Sequence record: MT135025.1
Length of the DNA stretch: 64,000 nt
Reading direction: 5' to 3' (one strand)
Below the pieces are notes generated by a model. That model was not told the origin of the DNA. It saw only the letters and a list, made by a program, of their open reading frames with translations, and made no database searches. Below, in pieces: positions 18,909 through 28,106 of this stretch (position 1 is its first letter; the number at the start of each line of letters is the position of its first letter). Position numbers and translations under genes: made by a program.

Positions 18909-19168
18909 TTATGAAAGCCGAAGAAGCACGAGCACGCAGCATCAAAGTAATGGAAGAGAAATTTCCAGTTGACGATCTAGAACATCTAGATGAGCGCATT
19001 GCACAAGCAACCGACGAAATGCGTTTTGGTATTAATATTCGAATTCGCGACGAAATGCCAGGTATCAATAGCCACAGCCTGAAACGACTATTGATTGAAT
19101 ATCTGCGTTTGCACAATTACAACGCATTTTATGTTGATGACATCTTGGAGATTCGATGGCAAATTTAA
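18905..19168 (+). CDS. Hypothetical protein (EARAR family)
   Basis: Similar to 17776..18006. Confidence 0.75.
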   Translation: MIMKAEEARARSIKVMEEKFPVDDLEHLDERIAQATDEMRFGINIRIRDEMPGINSHSLKRLLIEYLRLHNYNAFYVDDILEIRWQI

Positions 19169-19884
19169 AGGTTTATTACTGTAGTGATATTCATAATGAT
19201 TATCACGACGAAAACGCGCTAGAACGCATTACAGGCGACAAAGACGCTGTATTGGTAGTAGCGGGTGACATTAACAGCAAAGGGCGAACAGTGCGCGATT
19301 TAGAAGCTGTCGCCGACCGCTGGCGTGCTATTATCGCAGTGCCGGGAAATCACGATTGGTGGGGTCTTGCGATTCACGAGCGACACAAATTTGAAACTTC
19401 GGTTGACAATGTTCACGTATTGCTTGAAGATACAGTTCAGATTGACGATGTGACATTCTGCGGGACTACGCTGTGGCACGAAGTCAATGACTGGTTTGAA
19501 GGTCAACGCTGGAAAGAAAACATGAACGACCGTCGTAAGATTCGCGGTCCTCAATGGCGACCTTTGTATGGTGAAGATGTTCACGCGCTTCATTGTCAAT
19601 CAGTAAAATTTATCGAGAAATGTCGCGAGATTGAAGGTAAGAAAGTGTTAATAACACATCACGCCCCGTCTCTGAAGAGCATTTCATCTTACTATGCGTA
19701 CTCAAGTACGAATAGTTTTTATTGCACTGACCTTGAGCATTTGCTTGAAGGATTCAACTTTGCAATTCACGGTCATGTTCATCAAGAATTTGACTATCAC
19801 GTAAACGGCTGTAATGTACTGTGTAACCCACGTGCATACGGCTCAGAAAACCCGGATTACGGGCTTAGGATTTTCGACATATGA
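19156..19884 (+). CDS. Calcineurin-like metallophosphoesterase
   Basis: SDIH, AGD, PGNHD, THH, HGHVH, CNPRAY. Confidence 0.92.
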   Translation: MANLKVYYCSDIHNDYHDENALERITGDKDAVLVVAGDINSKGRTVRDLEAVADRWRAIIAVPGNHDWWGLAIHERHKFETSVDNVHVLLEDTVQIDDVTFCGTTLWHEVNDWFEGQRWKENMNDRRKIRGPQWRPLYGEDVHALHCQSVKFIEKCREIEGKKVLITHHAPSLKSISSYYAYSSTNSFYCTDLEHLLEGFNFAIHGHVHQEFDYHVNGCNVLCNPRAYGSENPDYGLRIFDI

Positions 19885-20069
19885 CTTTTATTCTTGGTTA
19901 CTTACTAATCGGTGCTTTGCTTACTATTGCTATCAACCCTCAATTGAGTAAGCACTTCAAGCAAATGGGTGGTGAAAGCATCATTCTTATGAATGTAGCA
20001 TCGGTAGTACTATCGCCTATATTCGTAGTTATTCTGCTGATTAAAAAGCTGTTTGGTAAACTAAAATAA
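19881..20069 (+). CDS. Small membrane protein
   Basis: Two hydrophobic segments. Confidence 0.7.
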   Translation: MTFILGYLLIGALLTIAINPQLSKHFKQMGGESIILMNVASVVLSPIFVVILLIKKLFGKLK

Positions 20070-20114
20070 CGTATTAAATACGTGCGTCTAATAATAACGT
20101 AAAAGGTAATACAA

Positions 20115-20360
20115 ATGACGCACGATTTGAATATGCTTCTTGAGCAGTACAACCTCGCGAATTACGATTGCGACGGTGATTTTGAAGACTATTACTGGTC
20201 GGTGGCAGAATGGATTGGTCAGACTGTCTTTAGTCACGGTACAATTCGTAAACACGATATTCTTGAACTGCTTTGCGATTTACTTGAAATATCTGAAGAC
20301 CAAATCAACGTAGATGACGTTGACGATTTTCTAACCGAAGTTTATGAGGTGATTGAATAA
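20115..20360 (+). CDS. Hypothetical acidic protein
   Basis: ORF. Confidence 0.7.
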   Translation: MTHDLNMLLEQYNLANYDCDGDFEDYYWSVAEWIGQTVFSHGTIRKHDILELLCDLLEISEDQINVDDVDDFLTEVYEVIE

Positions 20361-20420
20361 TGAAGAAAATTCATCGTAAGGAGCTGTTTCACTGAGTAAT
20401 TTAACTCGGAGAAACAGCAA

Positions 20421-20933
20421 ATGACTGAAGTCAAAAAATACAAAGGCGTAAAAGAAAACGAACTACCAATCTACAATTCTCGTGAAATGCGCTACAGATA
20501 CATTTACAAGGTAGATGAAGGTTCATGGGTACCAGAGTGGGCTAGAACATACGTTCGTTACGAACGTTTCTGGATGATGCGTCTAGAAGTCGGGTTTTAC
20601 ATTGCCGACGAAGCAAGTCGCAAACTAGATCTGATTCGCAAAGCCGAACGTCTTGCATCATACAAAGGTAACTACGTTTTCCGTTACACGCCAGTGCCAC
20701 ATACAGGTGGCTACAAGAACTGGGTATCAACCATTCGAGGGAAGGGGTTGATGTCTGAGATCCATCACAATAAGATTTGCAAAGACGAAATTGAGCCAGA
20801 ATACGGTAATGTCGTACGCAAAAAGCGTGATAAACTAGTGCGCTGTCTTAGAGATTGGGATGGTCTAGAGTCGTATCATTCACAGGAACGCGGTTGGAAA
20901 CGTTCTAAGAAGCGTAAGCAGTGGATGAAATAA
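20421..20933 (+). CDS. Hypothetical basic protein
   Basis: ORF; SD lies within hairpin 20383-20418. Confidence 0.75.
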   Translation: MTEVKKYKGVKENELPIYNSREMRYRYIYKVDEGSWVPEWARTYVRYERFWMMRLEVGFYIADEASRKLDLIRKAERLASYKGNYVFRYTPVPHTGGYKNWVSTIRGKGLMSEIHHNKICKDEIEPEYGNVVRKKRDKLVRCLRDWDGLESYHSQERGWKRSKKRKQWMK

Positions 20934-20938
20934 TGAAG

Positions 20939-21005
20939 AAAAGGGTTGCAATTCGCAGCCCTTTTTAGTATCATACAGTAGATTCACATTGAGAGATATA
21001 TTATG
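20939..21005 (+). promoter_or_regulatory. Terminator/promoter fusion cassette
   Basis: aaagggttgc-aattc-gcagcccttt; TTGCAA-N17-TATCAT. Confidence 0.75.
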
Positions 21006-21599
21006 ACTGATAAGAAACAAAAACCAACTCTAATTTTTGACGTAGATGGTGTTCTAATTGATTGGGCAAGCCAGCTACCGTTATTCTGCAAACGCTGCGG
21101 AATCGACCCTGTTCGTGCGCTGAAGCATTTCACAGCGAAAGAACACGTTGACGTACGCGACCTATTCGGCGTTGAACAACGCTCAATTGCATTCGATTTG
21201 CTTGAGAAATACAATCTCGAACATGGCAAATACATGACTGCTTTCCCAGATGCTGTCGAGCACGTACACAAAATCGCCAAAGAGTACAATCTAGTCGCAT
21301 TGACTAAATTCGGTGACACTACAGATCACTGGCTAGTTCGCAAGTTTAATCTTGAGACGTTCTTCCCTGGGTGTTTCAGTGAGTTGATCACAATTCGCGG
21401 TGATGAGAGCAAAGTCGGGTATGTTGCTGCATTACAAGCAGATCATAATGTAGTTGGTTTTATCGACGACCAGCTTGAGAATATTCAAGCAATCGGTCGA
21501 GCAACGAATCTAAAAACGATTCATCTAAACCGCTACGATGAACGCGCTGATGTTCATCACATGTCGAAGCTATTAGACTTTCTTCACGAAAAAGTTTAA
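21003..21599 (+). CDS. 30.2: gp30.2-like HAD-superfamily hydrolase
   Basis: LIFDVDGVLIDW, KFNLETFFPGCFSE, FIDD. Confidence 0.8.
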   Translation: MTDKKQKPTLIFDVDGVLIDWASQLPLFCKRCGIDPVRALKHFTAKEHVDVRDLFGVEQRSIAFDLLEKYNLEHGKYMTAFPDAVEHVHKIAKEYNLVALTKFGDTTDHWLVRKFNLETFFPGCFSELITIRGDESKVGYVAALQADHNVVGFIDDQLENIQAIGRATNLKTIHLNRYDERADVHHMSKLLDFLHEKV

Positions 21600-21623
21600 T
21601 ACAGCAATAACTCATCGTATAAT
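21594..21623 (+). promoter_or_regulatory. Class B promoter (ligase operon)
   Basis: GTTTAA-N18-TATAAT. Confidence 0.65.
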
Positions 21624-21646
21624 AAAGCTCCGTTTGGGGCTTTTTT
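21624..21646 (+). terminator. Intrinsic terminator overlapping the class B start site
   Basis: aaagctcc-gttt-ggggcttt plus T tract. Confidence 0.7.
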
Positions 21647-21656
21647 GGATTCGAAG

Positions 21657-21956
21657 ATGATTAAACGAGCTTATATTATTCACGCAGATAGCGCACTTGC
21701 AAAACGCGCAGTCGCGCTTGACAAACGAGAAGCAAAAGGTAAACCGTTCTTCACTAGTAAAGAAGAGTGGGAAGCTGAACTGCAAACGGATTGGCAAGAA
21801 TGGAACAAGGAAGCATGTGATTACATCGTTCACATATACGGCGATCATATCGCTGGAAAAACATTCTTAGTTACAATTCAAGACGGCAACGTATATTTTG
21901 AGGAAAATGATGTTTGCTATACTAATGAAAAGCAACCAAGAAGTGGCGATTATTGA
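21657..21956 (+). CDS. Hypothetical protein
   Basis: ORF. Confidence 0.7.
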   Translation: MIKRAYIIHADSALAKRAVALDKREAKGKPFFTSKEEWEAELQTDWQEWNKEACDYIVHIYGDHIAGKTFLVTIQDGNVYFEENDVCYTNEKQPRSGDY

Positions 21957-22128
21957 TCTCGGTGATGTTACAATGCCTGCATTGTACATGAAAGAAGATG
22001 ACGCGCTTCGAGTGTTGTACAAAAATGATTTACACGACCGTTGCTTTGTTGCACGTGTTCGTCCTGAAATTTATATAGAGGGTCCAGATGATTCTACCGA
22101 TTCTAAACAAACTAGCAGCAACGACTAA
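21907..22128 (+). CDS. Hypothetical protein
   Basis: ORF with GAGG SD. Confidence 0.6.
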   Translation: MMFAILMKSNQEVAIIDLGDVTMPALYMKEDDALRVLYKNDLHDRCFVARVRPEIYIEGPDDSTDSKQTSSND

Positions 22129-23431
22129 ACGTACTGAAAAAGAGAAGATTTTGAAGTCTGAAGCAAGCAACGAATTGCTGAAGCGAGTCTTCCAACTTGC
22201 GTACACGCCAACATATCAGTACAACATGAAAAAACTGCCTGAAGTTTGTCATGAAACTGCTGCTCTACACGTCGATTGCTATCTTCCGCTTGAAGAAGCA
22301 CTTGAGCACGTGTTTGATGCGCTAGTGACTAAACAAACTCGCGGGCAAGCTGCTCAGACTGTTGTCTCCAACATCTTAAAGCAAGTAACTGCTGATGATG
22401 CTGAGGTGATTCGTCGTGTGATTCTACGTGATTTGCGCACTGGTTGTACTGGCAGTACCGCTAATAAAGTTTGGAAGAAACTGATTCCTGAGCAGCCACA
22501 AATGCTTGCAAGTGCGCATAACGAAAAGCTAATCGACGCGATTCTGACTAAAATCGCATACGCGGAACTAAAAGCAGACGGCGCACGCTGTTTCGCTCAC
22601 GTTGATCTTGACGGTAATATTACGCTGACATCGAGAAACGGCAAACCGTATCTTGGTTTACAGAAAGTCGAGAAAGCATTGACTGCAATGGGCGTGAATG
22701 GCTTTGTAATTGACGGTGAGCTTGTCTATGCACCGAATGGTCTCCACGCAGTCGAAGATCGTTCAACTGGTAACGGCATCGTTAACAAAGCAAGCAAAGG
22801 CACGATTTCTCTAAAAGAGCAAGCTGACATCATCTTCCAAGTATGGGACATCATCCCAGAAGATGTGTACTTCGGCAAGTCAAATGAACTCAACATGGCG
22901 TACAGCAAGCGTAAGCGTGTTTTAGCAGATGTTGCGCTTAAAGCAAAGGGTGTCATTGAGCCGATTCCGTGGCAAACAGTTTCGACTAAAGAACAAGCGT
23001 CTGAAATCTACAATCAGTACGTTGCTCAGGGTCTAGAAGGCATCATCTTGAAAGATCCAGATGCGCTTTGGGAAAACAAACGAAGCAAATCACTCGTGAA
23101 GTACAAAGAAGTGCATGACGGCGATCTTGAGATCATTGAAGTCATCGAAGGCGACAAGAAGAACAAAGGCAAGATGGGCGCTCTTCTATTGCGTTCAGCT
23201 TGCGGTAAGTTGATTACTAAAGTTGGTAGCGGGTTCACTGACAAAGATCGCGAAGAAATTTGGGCGCGTCGTGATGAAGTTATCGGAATGATTGTCGAAA
23301 TCAACTACAACGCGATTACTCGCGCAAGAAACAAAGACACGTGGTCATGCTTCTTGCCGATTTTCGTGCAATTCCGTGACGACAAAGACGTTGCGAACAC
23401 GCTTGAAGAAATGAGCGGGTTCAAGGGTTAA
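22088..23431 (+). CDS. 30: ATP-dependent DNA ligase
   Basis: ELKADGAR (KxDG), IDGEL, EGIILKD, KRSKSLVKYK, VGSGFTD, LPIF. Confidence 0.97.
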   Translation: MILPILNKLAATTKRTEKEKILKSEASNELLKRVFQLAYTPTYQYNMKKLPEVCHETAALHVDCYLPLEEALEHVFDALVTKQTRGQAAQTVVSNILKQVTADDAEVIRRVILRDLRTGCTGSTANKVWKKLIPEQPQMLASAHNEKLIDAILTKIAYAELKADGARCFAHVDLDGNITLTSRNGKPYLGLQKVEKALTAMGVNGFVIDGELVYAPNGLHAVEDRSTGNGIVNKASKGTISLKEQADIIFQVWDIIPEDVYFGKSNELNMAYSKRKRVLADVALKAKGVIEPIPWQTVSTKEQASEIYNQYVAQGLEGIILKDPDALWENKRSKSLVKYKEVHDGDLEIIEVIEGDKKNKGKMGALLLRSACGKLITKVGSGFTDKDREEIWARRDEVIGMIVEINYNAITRARNKDTWSCFLPIFVQFRDDKDVANTLEEMSGFKG

Positions 23432-23432
23432 T

Positions 23433-23456
23433 AAAAGGGGCTTTCGCCCCTTTTTT
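23433..23456 (+). terminator. Intrinsic terminator
   Basis: aaaaggggc-tttc-gcccctttt. Confidence 0.88.
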
Positions 23457-23458
23457 CG

Positions 23459-23466
23459 TATAAATA
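23459..23466 (+). promoter_or_regulatory. T4-type late promoter
   Basis: TATAAATA exact. Confidence 0.85.
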
Positions 23467-23489
23467 CTTTCATTTAGAGAGAACCGAAA

Positions 23490-24371
23490 ATGATTATATT
23501 CGAAGATATTAATCCGCTGTGTGAAGCATTTGATCGCCCAGCACCATACAAATGGGATTCTATGTACAACGAAGCTCGATTTACGGTTGGGAACGTTCAG
23601 TATGTCGCGTTTATCAAAGATAATGACACAGCAAGAGGTTTAAGTCTGTATGTGGCATTCCAGCGTCGTGATAACGCAACTGGTCAATGGACTCACTCAC
23701 TTGCTAAAGGCTCGCCGAAAGACGCCATGACGGTATTGAGCACAATACTGGCAGCAACATTTGACAAGGCATCAAAAGTTGAACCGAATGAAATTACATT
23801 CAGTGCATTTCGTGACGCAGATGACGAAGACGCAAATAAGCGTTTTAGGCTATACAAGCGTATGGCTGAGCGATACGCAAAGCAAATGAATTACACAGTT
23901 CATATCACTGGTAATAGCTTCACACTAACAAACAACAATCCACCTAAGATCAGACGACTCCACAATGACGGCATTCACAAAGAAGATGGACTTACATACG
24001 TAAATTTCCCTGCTTGTAATGCCTTTACATGGGCGAAGATTTTCTGGCTTGACAATGACGGCGATTACATCAAACTTACATTGCCTCACGGTCGTATTCA
24101 CATTGTGAGAAAATCAAGTGACGTGATTGAAATCGAAGCAATTACACCGAAAGGTCGTTTTGACAATCTAGATTCAGATGAGATTTGGATGTCGATGTTA
24201 TCTGATATTAAAGTGAAAGCTAGAGGCGGAAGCACATTTACTATATCAGAGAAAGGCGCGATTTTAGATGCGGGTGATATGATTTTGTGTGAGCAAGGTA
24301 CGTTTTATTACCTAAGTTCTGAAGATGATTTCAAAGAAATCTGGGGATATGAAATCGACTCGATTGAATAA
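23490..24371 (+). CDS. Late protein, paralog of 58927..59580; candidate virion-packaged
   Basis: Leader MIIFEDINPLCE; motifs shared with 58927. Confidence 0.8.
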   Translation: MIIFEDINPLCEAFDRPAPYKWDSMYNEARFTVGNVQYVAFIKDNDTARGLSLYVAFQRRDNATGQWTHSLAKGSPKDAMTVLSTILAATFDKASKVEPNEITFSAFRDADDEDANKRFRLYKRMAERYAKQMNYTVHITGNSFTLTNNNPPKIRRLHNDGIHKEDGLTYVNFPACNAFTWAKIFWLDNDGDYIKLTLPHGRIHIVRKSSDVIEIEAITPKGRFDNLDSDEIWMSMLSDIKVKARGGSTFTISEKGAILDAGDMILCEQGTFYYLSSEDDFKEIWGYEIDSIE

Positions 24372-24372
24372 G

Positions 24373-24399
24373 AAAAGGGAGCAATTTGCTCCCTTTTTT
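24373..24399. terminator. Bidirectional terminator between convergent genes
   Basis: aaaagggagc-aattt-gctccctttt; near-identical copy at 63403. Confidence 0.88.
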
Positions 24400-24401
24400 G
24401 A

Positions 24402-26066
24402 TCATGGTGTCAGAGGACTACGTTCTTTCACTTTGCGGTCTTCGTCGATTTCAATATCAACAACTCGCATGAAGTTAGCAACTTGCGCTAACTCACTCAA
24501 ACGTTCCTGCTTTTTGTAAGCAGACAGGACGCCGCTTTTCGATGAATTGTCTTTGGCTTTCAAGCGAATCACCGCATCGAATTCTGATAATTGAACAACG
24601 TCGGCTTCGAACATCGTATTACGGTTGATGATGAAATCACAATCGCCTTTCTTCCCGTATTTGCCTGGTGCTAAAACAGGTAACCCGTCAGACTCAATAA
24701 CAAACACAACGTTCAGTTTTCTGTCAGATTCGAGCATATCACGCATAATTGATTTGCTATTCTTGCTCGTCGCGTTGACGATTGTTTTCGCGCTAGATTC
24801 AACAAAGTCACATACAACAAATGGATCAGTTGATGATGTGATGAACGCAGTTGAAACGAACGCGCCAGATTCAAGAATCGAGCCGACACGTTTGCTAGAC
24901 ATTTCACAACCACGATATAGCGTAACGCCATTCGACACCTTACCAGCTTCATAGAAAGCTCGGTCTAAGCGAGAAATTGCATCCCTAACCTTTTCATCAC
25001 CTGCGCCGTGAACTAACTCTTCATTGACCTTCCACGAATAACGAGACGCAGAATAGCGAGAAATTGCAGCTTGAGTAAGAGAAGATAGACCAGCATATGA
25101 ATCTTCTTGCATCATTTGCAACGATAATTGGTCATATTGCTTCTCAAACGCACGTGAACGGGCTTTTAACAGTGCGCCGCATACTTCGCTAATCAAGTTA
25201 GCTTTAACGCCCTCAGAGCGTGCAGCGTCGATATATGGGTTCATTCGTTCTGCTACATCAACAAGGTCGATGTTCATATCAACAATTGCTTGAGCAGCGT
25301 TAGCCAATTTCGTTAGACCGTCAGTTGCTGCCGCTTCTGTTAATTGCTGCTTGATAGATGCACTGACCCGCGCTTCCAGTTGTGGCATTTGTAGAATTTG
25401 ATTTGGGACGCGAACGGCAGGGTTTTCTTCTACCCATTGACCTAGAACATCATCTTCATAATCATCATAGCCAGCATCGGCAGTCACGATGATTGTTTTC
25501 TTGCTTGAAATGTCAGTCTCTTTCGCCATTTTAGCAGCAAGAATATTGATTGTTTCTTCGGTTGCTTCGACGAGTTTATCAGCGTCATAGCCTGGTTTCG
25601 TGATCACGAAGAAGCTGAAATCTTCAGCCATTTCATTATCACCGACGTTCATGATTTTAGTCGTTTCGCAGCCGTATCGAAGTTTCTTGAACAGCGTTTT
25701 AACACGCATGTCGAACATTTTACCGCTACCGATCTTTTGAATACGCATAGACACAGCGTTGGCGCGTGTTTTCAACATGAAACTTTGGATCAATTTAACC
25801 AATGTTTCTTGAAACTTTTCTTGGTCTCCCATGTCACGAATAGTTAATCCGCCTTTTTTGCCTCGCATTGCTGAGACAGTACAGAACCACGAACGTTTTC
25901 CGCGATTTCCGATGTTTGATTTTGTTTTAGTTGTGAACGAAACTACAACGTCACGAGCTTCGCCTTTCATATCGATCACAAAGAATTTGTTTTCTTTGGT
26001 CGAGCGAGCCGGATAGTAGTCGTACGTTGCGCTCATGTTTTCAGTTAATTGTTGAAATCCAATCAT
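24402..26066 (-). CDS. alt: Alt-like ADP-ribosyltransferase (atypical DxD at the catalytic loop)
   Basis: YS..YSWKVN..L, LDRAF, TLYRGC, FITSST, GDCDFIINRNTMF; next to gene 30 as in T4; leader ..QLTE. Confidence 0.7.
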   Translation of the reverse strand: MIGFQQLTENMSATYDYYPARSTKENKFFVIDMKGEARDVVVSFTTKTKSNIGNRGKRSWFCTVSAMRGKKGGLTIRDMGDQEKFQETLVKLIQSFMLKTRANAVSMRIQKIGSGKMFDMRVKTLFKKLRYGCETTKIMNVGDNEMAEDFSFFVITKPGYDADKLVEATEETINILAAKMAKETDISSKKTIIVTADAGYDDYEDDVLGQWVEENPAVRVPNQILQMPQLEARVSASIKQQLTEAAATDGLTKLANAAQAIVDMNIDLVDVAERMNPYIDAARSEGVKANLISEVCGALLKARSRAFEKQYDQLSLQMMQEDSYAGLSSLTQAAISRYSASRYSWKVNEELVHGAGDEKVRDAISRLDRAFYEAGKVSNGVTLYRGCEMSSKRVGSILESGAFVSTAFITSSTDPFVVCDFVESSAKTIVNATSKNSKSIMRDMLESDRKLNVVFVIESDGLPVLAPGKYGKKGDCDFIINRNTMFEADVVQLSEFDAVIRLKAKDNSSKSGVLSAYKKQERLSELAQVANFMRVVDIEIDEDRKVKERSPLTP

Positions 26067-26098
26067 TTTATAGACTCACCCTTTAGAAAATATATGAG

Positions 26099-26106
26099 TA
26101 TTTATG
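26099..26106 (-). promoter_or_regulatory. Late promoter variant CATAAATA (alt-like gene)
   Basis: Reverse complement of tatttatg, 33 bp upstream of the start. Confidence 0.55.
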
Positions 26107-26156
26107 ATGCACATAACACCCGTTGAAAATATTTTAAACTTTTTCGCAAAAAAAGG

Positions 26157-26229
26157 TTGCACAACGATAATGTTATCTCCTATGATTACTTCATCAAAAC
26201 GAATTAACAAAAAAGAGAGAACAATTATG
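26157..26229 (+). promoter_or_regulatory. Class A promoter and leader
   Basis: TTGCAC-N18-TATGAT; tcatcaaaacga..aaagagagaacaattATG. Confidence 0.7.
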
Positions 26230-26730
26230 AATGCACAATCAATGACTAACGCTCAAATCGCTGAACTATTCGACATGACAGTTGACGCAAACGGTTTTCA
26301 AGCAGTTGATGCGAAAGGTCGTCGTCATTACCTGACCGACTTACGTCAAAAAGCAATGAAAGCTGCTAAGACGAAGAAAGCACGTAAAGTACGCGCTGAA
26401 GCACAACCTAAAGCAACTGCCGAAGAACTACTTGCAGAACTACAAAGCGAGTCGTCAGATTTCTGGGAAATTCGCGAATCTCAGCCAGGGATGGACTCTG
26501 AAGAACACGGTCTGAACGTGTACGTGACTGCTGGTCTGCCTGATCGTCACCGCGTAATGATTCGCTCAAGTGTTTTAACAAACAAAGAGCTTGATCGTGA
26601 ACTCGGCTACCTGAATCCATCAAAGCAGAAAGAAGAACAGCGTCGCAAAAAATCGACAATTATTTTCTCAAACCGTTCAGCGAAAGAAATCGTTGAAATC
26701 ATTGAAAAAGTGAAGTCAATTAGTGAATAA
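26227..26730 (+). CDS. Hypothetical early protein
   Basis: Start after leader (MNAQSMTN). Confidence 0.8.
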   Translation: MNAQSMTNAQIAELFDMTVDANGFQAVDAKGRRHYLTDLRQKAMKAAKTKKARKVRAEAQPKATAEELLAELQSESSDFWEIRESQPGMDSEEHGLNVYVTAGLPDRHRVMIRSSVLTNKELDRELGYLNPSKQKEEQRRKKSTIIFSNRSAKEIVEIIEKVKSISE

Positions 26731-26759
26731 TGTGAACTAACTCACGAAAAAGTAGTTTT

Positions 26760-26841
26760 CGGGTATTGACAATAACACATCAATACCCGATAATAAACAC
26801 ATCAAGACGAGATACGAACTACTTAAAGAGAGAACATTATG
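26760..26841 (+). promoter_or_regulatory. Class A promoter inside an inverted repeat, with leader
   Basis: cgggtattga..tcaatacccg; TTGACA-N17-GATAAT. Confidence 0.7.
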
Positions 26842-27651
26842 ACAATCACTAAAGCAGAAATGAAAGCAATCGCACTTGACCTAATGAGCGGTAACAATCT
26901 AATGCAACGCGATTTGATTGCTGAAGGTTGGTCTTTCGAATTCTCAACTCGCAAAGCTGCACTTGGTGACTGTAACTACCGTACTAAAGTACTACGTCTT
27001 TCTGAAGTGTACTTGAATGCTCGTACTAAAGAAGAGCAAATCAACACAATCACTCACGAAATGGCTCACGCAATCGCGTACACTGATTTCAACGAACGTG
27101 GTCACGGTGCTATCTGGAAGCGTGTGCATCGTCAACTAGGTGGTACTGCTGAACGTTGTTCAACTGTTTCAAATCCTGAAGCCGTAGACAGCAAGTACGT
27201 TGTTTTCTTCGAAAACGCTCAAGGTGAACTAGAAGTAGTTCAAAAAATGGATCGCATGACTAAGCGTTTTCAACCAGTACACATCAAGTCTCTATACTTG
27301 AAAGGTCGCAAAGCTGAAACTGAAGGTCAACTTCGTTGTGTTTCTTCAGCGACGTTCAAAGCTATCAAAGCTGATTTAGAAGCTAAGAAAGCTGATAACG
27401 CTGAAGCATCAAAACCAGTTGCACCTAAAGCTAAGAAAGCTGAAACACCTAAAGCTAAGAAAGTTTCAGCACGCGGTCAAGCTGCTCGTGACGCAATCGC
27501 AGAAATCGTGATGACTACGACTCATAAAGGTTGCAAGTCAGTGTCTTTCGAACAGCGTGGTAAATACAAAGACTGGTACATCATGATTGAACTAGAATCT
27601 CACACAATCGAACAGCGTCTAGATACTTTCAAAAAGAAACACAGCCTATAA
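26839..27651 (+). CDS. SprT-like zinc metalloprotease
   Basis: ALGDCNY, ITHEMAHAI (HExxH), HGAIWK..LGG; Lys/Ala-rich linker. Confidence 0.88.
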   Translation: MTITKAEMKAIALDLMSGNNLMQRDLIAEGWSFEFSTRKAALGDCNYRTKVLRLSEVYLNARTKEEQINTITHEMAHAIAYTDFNERGHGAIWKRVHRQLGGTAERCSTVSNPEAVDSKYVVFFENAQGELEVVQKMDRMTKRFQPVHIKSLYLKGRKAETEGQLRCVSSATFKAIKADLEAKKADNAEASKPVAPKAKKAETPKAKKVSARGQAARDAIAEIVMTTTHKGCKSVSFEQRGKYKDWYIMIELESHTIEQRLDTFKKKHSL

Positions 27652-27661
27652 TCTCTCATTT

Positions 27662-27682
27662 AGCCCCGAAAGGGGCTTTTTT
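27662..27682 (+). terminator. Intrinsic terminator with GAAA loop
   Basis: agcccc-gaaa-ggggct plus T tract. Confidence 0.9.
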
Positions 27683-27712
27683 AGGTTTGAGCCGGAAAAA
27701 TTCCGTCTCATC

Positions 27713-27763
27713 TTAGTAGAATTAGTGCTTTTAGTAATATTAGAAGTATTAGTAAGATTTGTT
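27713..27763. repeat. 9-bp-period TTAG tandem array
   Basis: TTAG at 27713, 27722, 27731, 27740, 27749; TTTG at 27758. Confidence 0.8.
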
Positions 27764-27790
27764 TAACAAACACCTTGACAGCCGTATAAT
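27761..27790 (+). promoter_or_regulatory. Class B promoter
   Basis: GTTTAA-N18-TATAAT. Confidence 0.65.
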
Positions 27791-27808
27791 ACACGTCGAG
27801 GTGATGAA

Positions 27809-28048
27809 ATGATAACGATATACACAATTCCTAACTGTGACGGTTGTCGTCACGCTATCGCCCTCTGTAAGTTCAAACACGTCCCGTATACTGTAATCGA
27901 GTTACAGTCACAGACTGACATCGACCAATTACATCAAAAGCTTGGTGGCAATCGCAATATTCGCGTTCCTCTGGCTATGCATGGTGACACATACATCGGT
28001 CACCTGCCTGAATTGAAGAAATGGGTTGATGAACAGACGTATAAATAA
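27809..28048 (+). CDS. Glutaredoxin/thioredoxin-like protein
   Basis: IYTIPNCDGC (CxxC), RVPL..YIG. Confidence 0.88.
   Translation: MITIYTIPNCDGCRHAIALCKFKHVPYTVIELQSQTDIDQLHQKLGGNRNIRVPLAMHGDTYIGHLPELKKWVDEQTYK
28040..28047 (+). promoter_or_regulatory. T4-type late promoter
   Basis: TATAAATA exact. Confidence 0.85.
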
Positions 28049-28106
28049 AAGAAATTACGTACATTCTCTCCGCTGAAATGCGGCAATAAATTAAAGGAAT
28101 CAAACA

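Noticed and set aside
27775-27790. TTGACA as the -35 of the adjacent TATAAT
   Set aside because: Spacer is only 4 bp; GTTTAA at 18 bp fits the recurring class instead
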